Part shown: one piece after another, positions 1 to 10,816 of the stretch
How the letters are laid out: every line of letters starts with the position of its first letter
Position numbering within the stretch: position 1 is the first letter of the stretch
DNA from: an uncultured bacterium
GTDB taxonomy: Bacteria; Patescibacteriota; Patescibacteriia; CAIQCM01
Length of the DNA stretch: 64,000 nucleotides
Assembly (NCBI GenBank): GCA_963708045.1
Contig: OY970181.1
Span: forward strand, 451,740-515,739
Reading direction: 5' to 3'
Made by a program: the position numbers and the translations under genes
The notes under the pieces: generated by a model
What the model was told of the DNA's origin: nothing
Databases searched by the model: none
Seen by the model: only the letters and a program-made list of their open reading frames with translations

Positions 1-1
1 C

Positions 2-1471
2 CTCTCCGGCGGCAAGCGCAAATATGCCCTGCGCGCGCTAAATAAAATTTTTGTCGCTTTTTCGGTGCTGGTTTTGCTTTCAATTTTTTCCATCATTATT
101 TCTGTTGAACCGATCGCGACTCTGACGATTTCCTTGCGGCTTGCCGAAGGGATGGTGTTGTTTTTTATTATTATTACCGCTCCGTCGGAGCGCGAAGCGC
201 GGTTTGCTTTTCTTGCGTCGGCCCTGCTTCAGGCACTTGTCGCGATCAGTCAATTTATTTTTGGCAGTGTTTTTGGTTCAACGCTTTTGGGTGTTTCGCC
301 GCAAGCGGCTTATAACCTCGGCGCGAGCGTTGTTGAAGCTCATGGTATGCGTTTACTGCGCGCCTATGGAACTTTGCCGCACCCGAATATTTTGGGCGGA
401 ATGCTTGTTGCCGCTATTTTGCTCGCGCGTTCGCTTTTTCGTCGCGCGAGCGCTCTTAGTGTGGCCGCGTACGTCCTGCTCACGGTTGGTTTGTTTTTAA
501 GTTTTTCGCGTTTGGCTTGGGCGGCGCTCGCGGTGGGTTTAATTACCCAATGGTTCTTTGCGCGGCGCGATCGCGTGTTTATTAAAAATGCTTTTGTTAT
601 TCTTGCTATTTTTATTTTGCTCGCTGGATTATTTCAGTCGTTTGTTTTTGCCCGTCTTTCGGCGTCTGGCCGGCTTGAAGAAAAATCAATAACAACAAGG
701 ATTGGGTCAATGGAAGATGCGTGGCAACTAATTCGGACGCGTCCCTTCGCTGGCGTTGGCGCTGGTTCATTCTCATCGTATCTTTATAAAAACGTTGATC
801 AAAACAGGGGTGCTTATGGTTATGAACCGGCACACAGTGCATTTGTTTTAGTTTTTGCCGAAATTGGTTTTCTGGGATTAATTATTTTGTTGATTTTATT
901 TCGCGACCTAGCCTTAATGGCGTGGCGAAGTGGTAAGCCCGGGCTTGCTGCCGCGCTTATAATTTTTGCCGCGGGCGACCATTGGCCAGTTACGACCTTT
1001 GCTGGAATCATGATCTTTTTTGCCGCTTGGGGACTATCGCTTCGCGGTTGTAATGACGGAAAAATAACACACAAGGCTGGCGCAATTATTCTTTCAAAAA
1101 ATGATCCGTCAAAAATTCTTCTTCTTTATCGTTTTGGTCCGGCGTATTGCGATTGGACGTTTCCAAAGGGGCATATGGAGCCGGCCGAGTCGTACGAAGA
1201 CACAATGCGCCGCGAGGTTTGGGAAGAGACCGGGCTTGTCGTGGATATTATTAGCCAGCTGCCGAATCGCGAGTATGTGACCGGACACGGCCACGACGCG
1301 CTGGCTCATTTTTTTCTCGTCCGTTCGCTTGATGATTCAAAATTGCGCGTTGAACCAACGTACTCTGAAAACAAATTGGAATGGGTTCACATAAACAAAG
1401 TTGAATCGCGCCTCACGTTTGAAAATCTAAAAGAGTATTTTGAAAAGATAAGGCCGGAAATTCAGCTATGA
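2..1471 (+). CDS. O-antigen ligase (WaaL/Wzy_C)-family membrane protein fused to a C-terminal NUDIX hydrolase; 5'-truncated by window edge
   Basis: Frame is open from base 2. Multiple TM helices, RAYGTLPHPNILG, SFSRLAW, GVGAGSF and EPAHS motifs, then NUDIX box GHMEPAESYEDTMRREVWEETGL. Confidence 0.85.
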   Translation, partial: LSGGKRKYALRALNKIFVAFSVLVLLSIFSIIISVEPIATLTISLRLAEGMVLFFIIITAPSEREARFAFLASALLQALVAISQFIFGSVFGSTLLGVSPQAAYNLGASVVEAHGMRLLRAYGTLPHPNILGGMLVAAILLARSLFRRASALSVAAYVLLTVGLFLSFSRLAWAALAVGLITQWFFARRDRVFIKNAFVILAIFILLAGLFQSFVFARLSASGRLEEKSITTRIGSMEDAWQLIRTRPFAGVGAGSFSSYLYKNVDQNRGAYGYEPAHSAFVLVFAEIGFLGLIILLILFRDLALMAWRSGKPGLAAALIIFAAGDHWPVTTFAGIMIFFAAWGLSLRGCNDGKITHKAGAIILSKNDPSKILLLYRFGPAYCDWTFPKGHMEPAESYEDTMRREVWEETGLVVDIISQLPNREYVTGHGHDALAHFFLVRSLDDSKLRVEPTYSENKLEWVHINKVESRLTFENLKEYFEKIRPEIQL

Positions 1472-1520
1472 ACCATGAACCACGCACCATGAACCACCCG
1501 TATGGTACATGCGGAAGGCC

Positions 1521-1549
1521 TTGACGTTTTAAGCGGTTTTAACTAAGCT
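1521..1549 (+). promoter_or_regulatory. sigma70-type promoter of groESL
   Basis: TTGACG-17 nt-TAAGCT upstream of the CIRCE and groES. Confidence 0.7.
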
Positions 1550-1562
1550 CTAAGCAACACAA

Positions 1563-1589
1563 TTAGCACTCCAGGAAGGAGTCTGCTAA
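1563..1589 (+). promoter_or_regulatory. CIRCE (HrcA operator)
   Basis: TTAGCACTC-N9-GTCTGCTAA vs consensus TTAGCACTC-N9-GAGTGCTAA, directly before groES. Confidence 0.85.
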
Positions 1590-1618
1590 TCGCTTTTATT
1601 CGCTAATTTTATTTTAAT

Positions 1619-1906
1619 ATGGCGCTATTGCCTTTAAACGATCATATTGTTATTAAAGCGGTTACCGAAGAAAAAACTGCAAGCGGGATAATCCTTCCAG
1701 ACACGGCGGACAAGGAAAAACCAGAGCGCGGCGAAGTTGTCGCGGTTGGTCCGGGTAAGATGCTGGAAAACGGAACACGTGGCGCGATTTCGGTTAAGGC
1801 CGGCGACATTGTAGTTTTTAAAAAATATAGTCCCGACGAAGTCAAAATCGGCAAAGAAGAATATCTCGTTATAAGCGAAGGCGACATCCTTGCAATCGTG
1901 AAATAG
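1619..1906 (+). CDS. groES: Co-chaperonin GroES
   Basis: PLNDHIVIK, TASGIILPDTA, GEVVAVGPG, EGDILAIV. Confidence 0.98.
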   Translation: MALLPLNDHIVIKAVTEEKTASGIILPDTADKEKPERGEVVAVGPGKMLENGTRGAISVKAGDIVVFKKYSPDEVKIGKEEYLVISEGDILAIVK

Positions 1907-1936
1907 GAAGAAAGATAACTAAAAGTTAACAGTTAA

Positions 1937-3604
<1,668 letters not shown>

Positions 3605-3648
3605 TTTGCAAATAGCGTTTCGCATATAGCAAATAGAAAATAAACAAC

Positions 3649-3679
3649 AAAAGCCCTCGCTTATTGCGGGGGCTTTTGT
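3649..3679 (+). terminator. Intrinsic terminator after groEL (duplicated at 5620-5645)
   Basis: AAAAGCCCTCGC-TTATT-GCGGGGGCTTTT hairpin with U-tract. Confidence 0.85.
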
Positions 3680-3763
3680 TAAAAATTTGACGGGGGGGGG
3701 CAAAAAACAGATACGATTTATCCTTCGCGCATAACGCGCGAAGAAAACGTATTGGAGGATTGG

Positions 3764-4798
3764 ATGCAACGTACCTGTTCCTTGTCAATTCTATTGCTAG
3801 CGGTCGCGACTCTTGGGGTCGTCTCCTGCTCGCCAGCCCAAAACGATCAAACTGTCGGAGTAGAATCAAGCGCCCACGAACTCGTCGCCGCAAATGGGTT
3901 CACCTACCCACTTTCTTCAATGAGCTCGTGGCCGAACAACAACTACGCCGCCTGTGGTTCGTACTACCTGACTAACAAATGTCACAACGGATCTGATATT
4001 TCTGCCAGCTATGGCACCACAGTGTACGCAATGGCGGCCGGAACAGTTATTGCAAGGAGTGGAACGCAAGACCCAGCAAACAACTGTTCTTCGGGCTGGG
4101 GCTATGATTACAATCAGGGTAATACTTGCAATATGGCGCTTGCGGTTCAGCACTATGATGACGATGGCAATCCGTTTGTAGTTGTTTACGGCCATCTTCG
4201 TTATAATTCCAATTATGGCCCCGGAACAACGTTTACGCCGGGCGCGGCAGTTGGTGTAATTGGTCGCTATTATAATACCAACGGTACTTTAATAGATGGT
4301 GATCATCTGCATTGGGGTGTGCGTCCTGGAACAACAGCGCCGACAAATTGGGGTCGGGTTACTTGCGCTGGAGCTTCGCAGCCAGCAGGACAATCATTCC
4401 CCGTTGGTTGTAGTTCCGACAGTTTCGTTGCACCAGGAACGTATACGAACACTGCTGGGCGTAATTGGGTTGCGCCGCCCGTAGCACCATCGCTTGTGAG
4501 TCCAGCAAACGGCGCGACAGTCATAGGTTCAATCGTGTTGCAATGGTCAAATGGTTCGGGAACATACCGGTCGCACGTAATGATTTGTATGAACGCGGCG
4601 TTAACGACCGGATGTATCAACCCCGATGGTGGAATGGTTGGTGCAGAAACTACTGGGACAGGAGCAAATCGCAGTACCTCATACTCTGCTTCTCTAGGGT
4701 ACACAACTTGGTATTGGGCTGTTCGCGGAATCGCTTACAACGATTACGGCGGTTGGGGAAATTATAGCGCCGTGAGATCGTTCGTCCATTCATACTGA
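3764..4798 (+). CDS. Secreted/lipoprotein M23-family metallopeptidase with C-terminal FN3-like beta domain
   Basis: GGAGG SD before ATG 3764, signal with VVSC lipobox-like motif, HNGSD (HxxxD), YGHL and HLHW (HxH) zinc motifs. Confidence 0.85.
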   Translation: MQRTCSLSILLLAVATLGVVSCSPAQNDQTVGVESSAHELVAANGFTYPLSSMSSWPNNNYAACGSYYLTNKCHNGSDISASYGTTVYAMAAGTVIARSGTQDPANNCSSGWGYDYNQGNTCNMALAVQHYDDDGNPFVVVYGHLRYNSNYGPGTTFTPGAAVGVIGRYYNTNGTLIDGDHLHWGVRPGTTAPTNWGRVTCAGASQPAGQSFPVGCSSDSFVAPGTYTNTAGRNWVAPPVAPSLVSPANGATVIGSIVLQWSNGSGTYRSHVMICMNAALTTGCINPDGGMVGAETTGTGANRSTSYSASLGYTTWYWAVRGIAYNDYGGWGNYSAVRSFVHSY

Positions 4799-4833
4799 CA
4801 ACCCAAACTCGTAATCAATCAACTTGTTTGCTC

Positions 4834-4870
4834 GTGTGAGGCGTCGGATCGCCGATGCCTCACACTCTTC
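4834..4870 (+). terminator. Probable intrinsic terminator
   Basis: GTGTGAGGCGTCGG...CCGATGCCTCACAC stem followed by a pyrimidine tract. Confidence 0.6.
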
Positions 4871-4906
4871 TCTTTAATATCAATTAACGTTTTATTTAAA
4901 ATCCTT

Positions 4907-5596
4907 ATGTCTAAACGTAATAAATATATTATTTTAAGTTTATTTTTACTGGTCGTACTGGTTGTTATTTGTTTTGTTATATTTTTTCCTAAAACAAAAC
5001 AGGTTTCTCAAACTAATCCAATAGGAACACCGATTATTGATAATCCCGACTGGAAAACCATAAACAATGCTGGTTGCGGTCTAAGTTTTAAAATTCCAAA
5101 CGACTGGACGGTTGGGGGTATGCTTGGTATATCAAAAATTTTAAGTCCAGAAGACGTGCGTGTGAATTTAGAATTTGACCAGACACATCAAGAATTAATA
5201 AAAAATTCACAGGGCGATGCGCCGCTTGGACCGGACGCAAGAACCATTTCTGTTATATGTCAGTCTGATCTAAATGATTTCATTGGATCGTTTACTCGAT
5301 CAAAAGATTTTAAAGATTTTTCTGGTTCTAAAACGCTTGCTTCTCTTGTTGCTACTAATGCGTTTAATGACAAAGGTGCAAACCCGGCACTTATCAATAC
5401 GATGTTTATTGATGGTCAAGTGGTTTATGAGATTTCTTCTACCAATACAGTGCCGGGTGTTGGTACGTTTACAATTTATGAAATGGTGTTTGAAAGGAAT
5501 GGAAAAATAGGCGAGATAATGACGGGTCAGGTTACATACGAACAACTTTCTGATACGGCAAAAGATATCATTAAGACAATTAAATTCGCGAAGTAG
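4907..5596 (+). CDS. Hypothetical membrane-anchored surface protein (PsbP-like CPR family)
   Basis: N-terminal TM, WKT..N...GLSFKIPNDW motif and terminal IIKTIKF, typical of CPR exported proteins. Confidence 0.65.
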   Translation: MSKRNKYIILSLFLLVVLVVICFVIFFPKTKQVSQTNPIGTPIIDNPDWKTINNAGCGLSFKIPNDWTVGGMLGISKILSPEDVRVNLEFDQTHQELIKNSQGDAPLGPDARTISVICQSDLNDFIGSFTRSKDFKDFSGSKTLASLVATNAFNDKGANPALINTMFIDGQVVYEISSTNTVPGVGTFTIYEMVFERNGKIGEIMTGQVTYEQLSDTAKDIIKTIKFAK

Positions 5597-5619
5597 TAGA
5601 AAATCTTTGCAAGCGAAAA

Positions 5620-5645
5620 CCCTCGCTTATTGCGGGGGCTTTTGT
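5620..5645 (+). terminator. Second identical copy of the groEL terminator
   Basis: CCCTCGCTTATTGCGGGGGCTTTTGT is identical to 3654-3679. Confidence 0.85.
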
Positions 5646-5714
5646 ATATTTTCAGGGTGAAATTCGCGAAAATTGTCCCTTGGCTCGCGGCCGGATTATG
5701 CTATACTCAAAGCT

Positions 5715-6023
5715 ATGGAAACTATATCAACTAAGCGAAAATTTTTAGCGGCGCTCTCGTATATACCGGTCATTTTTTTAATCCCGCTTTTGGGCTGGGT
5801 AAATGATGACTTTATTCAATTTCACGGCCGGCAAGGGTTGGCGCTTTTTATCGTCTGGTTTGTTTTTTGGGCGATCGGCCTAGTTCCGCTGCTTGGGCTG
5901 ATTGTTCCGTTTGGCTATCTCATTCTTATTGTTGTCGCGATTATCGGGATCGCAACAGTATTTTTTGGCCGTCGTTGGGTTTTGCCGATCATCGGCAAGT
6001 ACGCTGAAAAGTTTCGCCTCTAA
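5715..6023 (+). CDS. DUF4870-like small membrane protein
   Basis: AALSYIP..IPLL, FIQFHGRQGL and LPIIGKYA motifs; extended -10 TGCTATACT just upstream. Confidence 0.8.
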   Translation: METISTKRKFLAALSYIPVIFLIPLLGWVNDDFIQFHGRQGLALFIVWFVFWAIGLVPLLGLIVPFGYLILIVVAIIGIATVFFGRRWVLPIIGKYAEKFRL

Positions 6024-6024
6024 C

Positions 6025-6139
6025 TTAGGGTATAGGGTCAAGGGTATAGGGGATAGAGTATAGAAAAAGAACTATACCCTATACCCTAACCCCTAAACCC
6101 TACTCAACTAACCCCTAATCTCTGAACCCTAACCTCTAA
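6025..6139. repeat. Inverted pair of degenerate heptamer tandem repeats (TAGGGTA-like / CTAACCC-like)
   Basis: TTAGGGTATAGGGTCAAGGGTATAGGGGATAG followed by CTATACCCTATACCCTAACCCCTAAACCC... Confidence 0.85.
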
Positions 6140-6143
6140 AACA

Positions 6144-7248
6144 ATGTCCGACCTAACTAAAGACATTCCTCGCCTCCTCATCCGCATTGCGGAAACGAGG
6201 AGGCTGCTTTGACCACGAAGGAAAAAAGGCGGAACTCGTCGCGCTAGACGCGGCGATGGCGGACGCAAGTTTTTGGAAAAACTCAAACGAAGCAACTAGA
6301 CGCTCCAAGCACGCCGGAGCGATTCGTGCTGAATTTTTGGAATGGGATAATTTAGAAAAAGATACAAACGAACTTAACGAGCTTTCCCTAATCGCCGAAA
6401 AAGAAAAAGACGCCGAACTCAGTAAAGAAGCGGAAAAAAATTACCAAGAAATTTTAAAACGTTTTGAAAAGCTGGAATTTTTCGTGTTAATGCGCGGCAG
6501 ATTTGACGAGTCCAACGCTTTGGTCGCCATTCACGCGGGAACCGGCGGCACCGAAGCGCAAGACTGGGCGGAAATGCTTCTTAGAATGATTCTTCGGTAC
6601 GCTGAACGACGCGGATTTTCCGCACGCGTCGTTGACGAGCATAAAGGCAACGAAGCGGGGATAAAATCCGCGACCGTTTCTATAGAAGGTCCTTATGCTT
6701 ACGGGTATCTTCGTTCCGAACATGGCGTGCATCGGTTGGTCAGAATTTCGCCCTTTGACGCGGAAAAAATGCGCCACACTTCTTTTGCGCTCATTGAAGT
6801 TTTGCCGGAAATTCCCGAAGACGAAGAATTAAAAATTGACCCAAAAGACATTCGCATAGATACTTATCTTTCGTCGGGGCACGGCGGACAAAGCGTGCAA
6901 ACGACCTATTCGGCCGTGCGTATCGTTCATCTGGCGACGGGGATTACGGTGACTTGCCAAAACGAACGCAGTCAGTTGCAAAACAAAGAAACGGCGATGA
7001 AAATTTTGCGCGCGCGACTGCTCATTATGCGCGAAAAAGAACGGGCCTCGGAACGCGCCGAACTTAGAGGCGAGTATCACGAAGCCGAGTGGGGCAACCA
7101 GATTCGTTCCTATGTTCTTCAGCCGTACCGAATGGTAAAAGATCACCGCACGGAATATGAAACCAGCGATACGCCCGCGGTCTTAGACGGAAAACTAGAA
7201 CCGTTTGTTGAAGCGTTTTTAAAGTGGTCTCGGGAGAACAAGAAATAA
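6144..7248 (+). CDS. prfB: Peptide chain release factor 2, with programmed +1 frameshift after codon 22
   Basis: ATG 6144 reads to CTT-TGA (6207-6212); the +1 frame has GGTEAQDW, SPF and GGQ motifs. Confidence 0.97.
6198..6213 (+). promoter_or_regulatory. prfB autoregulatory frameshift site
   Basis: AGGAGG-CTG-CTT-TGA-C: internal SD, 3 nt, then the shifty CUU-UGA-C. Confidence 0.95.
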
Positions 7249-7321
7249 CTTTTAAGTTTTAACTTTTAACTTTTAGTTTCTAGAAAGACGGCTAAAAGTT
7301 AACAGTTAATAGTTAAAAGTT
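7246..7321. repeat. Inverted heptamer repeats (TAACTTT / AGTTAAA); same unit as 1917-1951
   Basis: TAACTTT TAAGTTT TAACTTT TAACTTT ... AGTTAAC AGTTAAT AGTTAAA. Confidence 0.8.
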
Positions 7322-7328
7322 TTGGACA

Positions 7329-8012
7329 ATGAAAGTAATCCGAATAAAAAAAGAAAACGCTTCGGTGTTAAGACCAGTTGTCGCGGAATTAAAAAAGGGT
7401 GCGATTGTTGTCTATCCAACCGACACGGCCTATGCGATTGGTTGTGATGCGACGAACGCGGCCGCGGTTCGCAAAATTTTTGTAATCAAGGGACGTCCTA
7501 AGACAAAGGCGATGCCGATTATTTGTGCCGATTTAAAAATGGTGGAAAAATATTTTCTAAACACTAAACGCTATTCTCTATACGCTAAAAAATATTGGCC
7601 AGCTCCACTCTCCGTTGTTGTAGAAGCGAAAAAGGGGATCGCGAAAGCGGCGCTCGCGAGTGGCACGGCCGCGGTGCGGGTTCCTGATTCGCTAATCGCG
7701 CAAACGATATCAAAATTTCTCGGCCGTCCACTTGTCGCCACTTCGGCAAATTTTTCTGGCGCGCCAACGTGCTATTCAGCCAAAGCCTTTCTGCGGCAGT
7801 TTGAAAAACAACCCGCTCCTCGCCTACGTGGCGAGCAAGCCGCCCTTTCGGGCACCCTCTCCCGCCCTCGGGCGAGGGAAATAATGAATCTTGTTGTCCT
7901 AGACGCCGGCGCCCTGCGTCATCGCAAACCCTCCACGATAATTAAAATAAATAAAGACGGGTTAATCAACGTAATTCGTAAAGGCTCCATCGGATTAGAC
8001 ATTAGACATTAG
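7329..8012 (+). CDS. tsaC: Threonylcarbamoyl-AMP synthase (Sua5/YrdC/TsaC) with in-frame repeat insertions
   Basis: YPTDTAYAIGCDA, KGRP, WPAPLS, ATSAN, PSTII motifs. Confidence 0.92.
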   Translation: MKVIRIKKENASVLRPVVAELKKGAIVVYPTDTAYAIGCDATNAAAVRKIFVIKGRPKTKAMPIICADLKMVEKYFLNTKRYSLYAKKYWPAPLSVVVEAKKGIAKAALASGTAAVRVPDSLIAQTISKFLGRPLVATSANFSGAPTCYSAKAFLRQFEKQPAPRLRGEQAALSGTLSRPRAREIMNLVVLDAGALRHRKPSTIIKINKDGLINVIRKGSIGLDIRH

Positions 8013-8028
8013 ACATTATAAATTTTGT

Positions 8029-9183
8029 ATGTCCCTCCGTGAATCATTCCGAAAATTTTTTCCCGACTCACTCGGCAGCCAGATGCGTGAGTTTTATGCA
8101 TCAACGGCGATTTTTGATTTTGGGGTTAGTTTAACAATGATCTTTGAGCCGGTTTATCTTTGGAGCGCTGGTTGGTCAGTAAAAAATATCGTTATTTTAT
8201 TTCTCGCCTCATATATTATTTATTTTTGCGTGGCGCCGCTTGGGGCAAAATTTGCTCGCGCCCACGGGCACGAAAATTCTATCGCGCTCTCTACGCCGTT
8301 TTGTTTGCTTTATTTTGTTGGTCTTTATTTGGCACCGCAGGGCGTATATTTTTCCGCGTTGGCCGCCGTCTCGCTAGCTTTCTTTAGAACTTTTTATTGG
8401 CCGGGCGCGCGATCAATCATTTCAAAATATTCGCCAGAAGGGGGAGGGGGGCGGGTTGTTTCTGGGCTTAATGCAATTTCTTTTTCCGCGGCGCTCGCGG
8501 GGCCGCTCATTGGCGGCGTCGTGCTTGGTCTCTTTGGATTTATGGCGCTCTTTATTGTTTCGGCAATTATTATTTTGCTCTCCAATATTCCAATGCTTAT
8601 TACGCCGGAGGTTTTTGAGCCGCGTCCAGTCGGTTATATAAATTCCTATCGCCGTTTACTGCGTCCGGATTTTCGACGAACAGTTGTCGGTCACTTTGGT
8701 TATGGTGAAGAATTTATTTCGGATTTTATTTGGCCGATCTTTGTCGTTATTGTCATTCCTTCGTATGCGGCAATGGGCGCAGCCTTTGCCATTGCTGGCG
8801 TCTTTACGCTTGTGGCGATAATTTTTATCGGCCGGATTACCGACGAACATCATCGGCATCCTATTTTACGGTCGGGTTCGCTTTTGACGTCGCTCTCTTG
8901 GGTTTTACGTATTTTTGTAGCCAGCCCGCTTTCGGTGCTTTTTACGCAGTCTTTTTATCGCGTCGCGCGTCTCGCGGTAACGACGCCCTTAATGAGTATT
9001 GCTGGGGAAAAGGCGCGCGAACACTCAAACACCAAGAGTTCACTTATCTACGAAATGAGTATCACGGTAGGAAAAATTTTAACCGCTAGCGTTGCTGTGC
9101 TTTTATTAACGCTTTTTCCGGGAAACCTGACGCCAATTTTTATTCTTGCCGCCGGCGTGACATTTTTTTATGCAATTTACTAA
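8029..9183 (+). CDS. MFS transporter
   Basis: About 12 hydrophobic helices, GPLIGG and GRITD loop motifs. Confidence 0.85.
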   Translation: MSLRESFRKFFPDSLGSQMREFYASTAIFDFGVSLTMIFEPVYLWSAGWSVKNIVILFLASYIIYFCVAPLGAKFARAHGHENSIALSTPFCLLYFVGLYLAPQGVYFSALAAVSLAFFRTFYWPGARSIISKYSPEGGGGRVVSGLNAISFSAALAGPLIGGVVLGLFGFMALFIVSAIIILLSNIPMLITPEVFEPRPVGYINSYRRLLRPDFRRTVVGHFGYGEEFISDFIWPIFVVIVIPSYAAMGAAFAIAGVFTLVAIIFIGRITDEHHRHPILRSGSLLTSLSWVLRIFVASPLSVLFTQSFYRVARLAVTTPLMSIAGEKAREHSNTKSSLIYEMSITVGKILTASVAVLLLTLFPGNLTPIFILAAGVTFFYAIY

Positions 9184-10006
9184 ACTTCGCGGACAGCACA
9201 TTCTCGTGAACAAGGACGTTGCTTTAAAAATTGTTGAAGCCGCCGCCCTTACACCTACGACGACGGTTTTGGAAGTCGGCCCCGGACTGGGCGTTTTAAC
9301 GCACCTAATCTTGCCGAAGGTCGGACAATATTTTGCCGTAGAACTTGACCCGCGTTTCGTTAAAGAATTAAATAAGGATTTTGGCGCTAACCCCAAAGTA
9401 AAAATAACAGAAGGCGACATTTTAAAAATAAATATTAGCGATCTTTTTTCTAACTCAACGCTAGCCCCTAACCCCTATACCCTAATTTCTAATCTCCCTT
9501 ATAACATCACCTCGCCTTTTTTTAAAAAAATTCTTACCGAAAAAAATCCCCCCGAACGGATGGTCATAATGATTCAACACGAGGTCGCCGAGCGCGTCTG
9601 TCTACGAGCCACGAGCCACGAGCCACGTGCCAACTTGTTCGGTTTAATGTGCAACCTTTACGCCGAATGCGAATATCTTCTTCATGTTTCACGCGGTTCA
9701 TTTAATCCGCCGCCCAAGGTGGAGTCCGCAGTCGTGTGTCTAAAACCATATTCTGACAAGGCGTTTTTTGAAAAATGGGGGATAGAACGTTTAGTTGCCG
9801 AAGAGTTTATTGCTTTTACCGCGGTATTCTTCAAAAACCAGCGTAAAATGATGAGTAATGCCTTTGGCAAAAGTCGCGCAGAAGCGATTAGAGCCGCCTT
9901 GGTTGCCATAAACGAACGCCCTGACGCACGTCCGGCTGATCTTTCACTCAAAAAGTGGGTAGCGTTGTGGAAAATCTCAGCCCACTCTTTGCAAAAGAGG
10001 GGGTAG
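9170..10006 (+). CDS. rsmA: 16S rRNA dimethyladenosine transferase RsmA/KsgA
   Basis: GQHIL, LEVGPGLGVLT, SNLPYNIT, FNPPPKVESAV; stop codon lies inside repeat family A. Confidence 0.95.
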   Translation: MQFTKLRGQHILVNKDVALKIVEAAALTPTTTVLEVGPGLGVLTHLILPKVGQYFAVELDPRFVKELNKDFGANPKVKITEGDILKINISDLFSNSTLAPNPYTLISNLPYNITSPFFKKILTEKNPPERMVIMIQHEVAERVCLRATSHEPRANLFGLMCNLYAECEYLLHVSRGSFNPPPKVESAVVCLKPYSDKAFFEKWGIERLVAEEFIAFTAVFFKNQRKMMSNAFGKSRAEAIRAALVAINERPDARPADLSLKKWVALWKISAHSLQKRG

Positions 10007-10088
10007 GGGGAGTTCGTTCGCGAAGTAACAACTTTAACGCAAAAAACAGAACTCTCCCTACCCTCCCTTTTACCAAAGGGAGGACTAG
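9977..10088. repeat. Repeat family A (REPIN/MITE-like inverted pair of ~39-nt palindromic units), copy 1
   Basis: AGCCCACTCTTTGCAAAAGAGGGGGTAGGGGGAGTTC-spacer-GAACTCTCCCTACCCTCCCTTTTACCAAAGGGAGG; five loci in the window. Confidence 0.9.
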
Positions 10089-10187
10089 ATTTCTCGCTTA
10101 TTTTTAGCTTCGTTTCAGGCAAAAGGTATTTCGCATCATTGATATTAGACATTGATCGTTCGTGTCTGCTATAATCCACTAATATAT

Positions 10188-10814
10188 ATGTCCGGAAAAA
10201 CGTCGCAAATTTTTGGCGTAATTCTGTTTGTTGCCGTTGGCGTCTCGGCGATCTTTCTGAGTATTAAACAGTCAACGCAAAAAATAAATAGTCCGTTTGC
10301 GGCAGGTGACCGCACTGCGCTTGAACAATTGAATGAAAATGATTCAACTGTTTTAAAAACCAAAGACACTGACGGTGATGGTCTTTCCGATTATGATGAA
10401 ACAAATGTTTATCGCACCTCTCCTTATCTTAAAGACACCGACTCCGACGGTCTTTCCGATGGCGAAGAGTTAAAAAACAACACCGACCCAAATTGTCCGC
10501 AAGGAAAAACTTGTGCCAACCCGACCCCAGTGAATAATCAAATTCCGTCTGACTCCGAAATAAATTTTAACGGGCTTATGAATGAACAGGCTGGTCTGGA
10601 GGCGCCTGTAAATACTTCAGCCGATGCGTTAAATGTAAACACATCCACCGCGCCAACTGCGGCCGAAGTCAGGGCGATGCTTATCAACGCCGGTTTGGAC
10701 GAACAATCGCTCAAGGGGATAAGCGACGTTGATTTGCTTCAGCTTTACAACGACTCGCTTAAAGAAACGACTACGACAAACGCTAACGTAAACGGAAATA
10801 AAAATACTCCGTAA
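10188..10814 (+). CDS. Membrane-anchored protein with thrombospondin type-3-like Ca-binding repeats
   Basis: N-terminal TM; DTDGDGLSDYDE and DTDSDGLSDGEE; TGCTATAAT upstream. Confidence 0.85.
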   Translation: MSGKTSQIFGVILFVAVGVSAIFLSIKQSTQKINSPFAAGDRTALEQLNENDSTVLKTKDTDGDGLSDYDETNVYRTSPYLKDTDSDGLSDGEELKNNTDPNCPQGKTCANPTPVNNQIPSDSEINFNGLMNEQAGLEAPVNTSADALNVNTSTAPTAAEVRAMLINAGLDEQSLKGISDVDLLQLYNDSLKETTTTNANVNGNKNTP

Positions 10815-10816
10815 AA

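Noticed and set aside
6025-6139. Eukaryotic telomere contamination
   Set aside because: Short, degenerate, embedded between bacterial genes and part of a wider period-7 repeat class.
6187-7248. prfB starting at TTG 6187 as in the ORF track
   Set aside because: The true start is ATG 6144 with the canonical CTT-TGA +1 frameshift.
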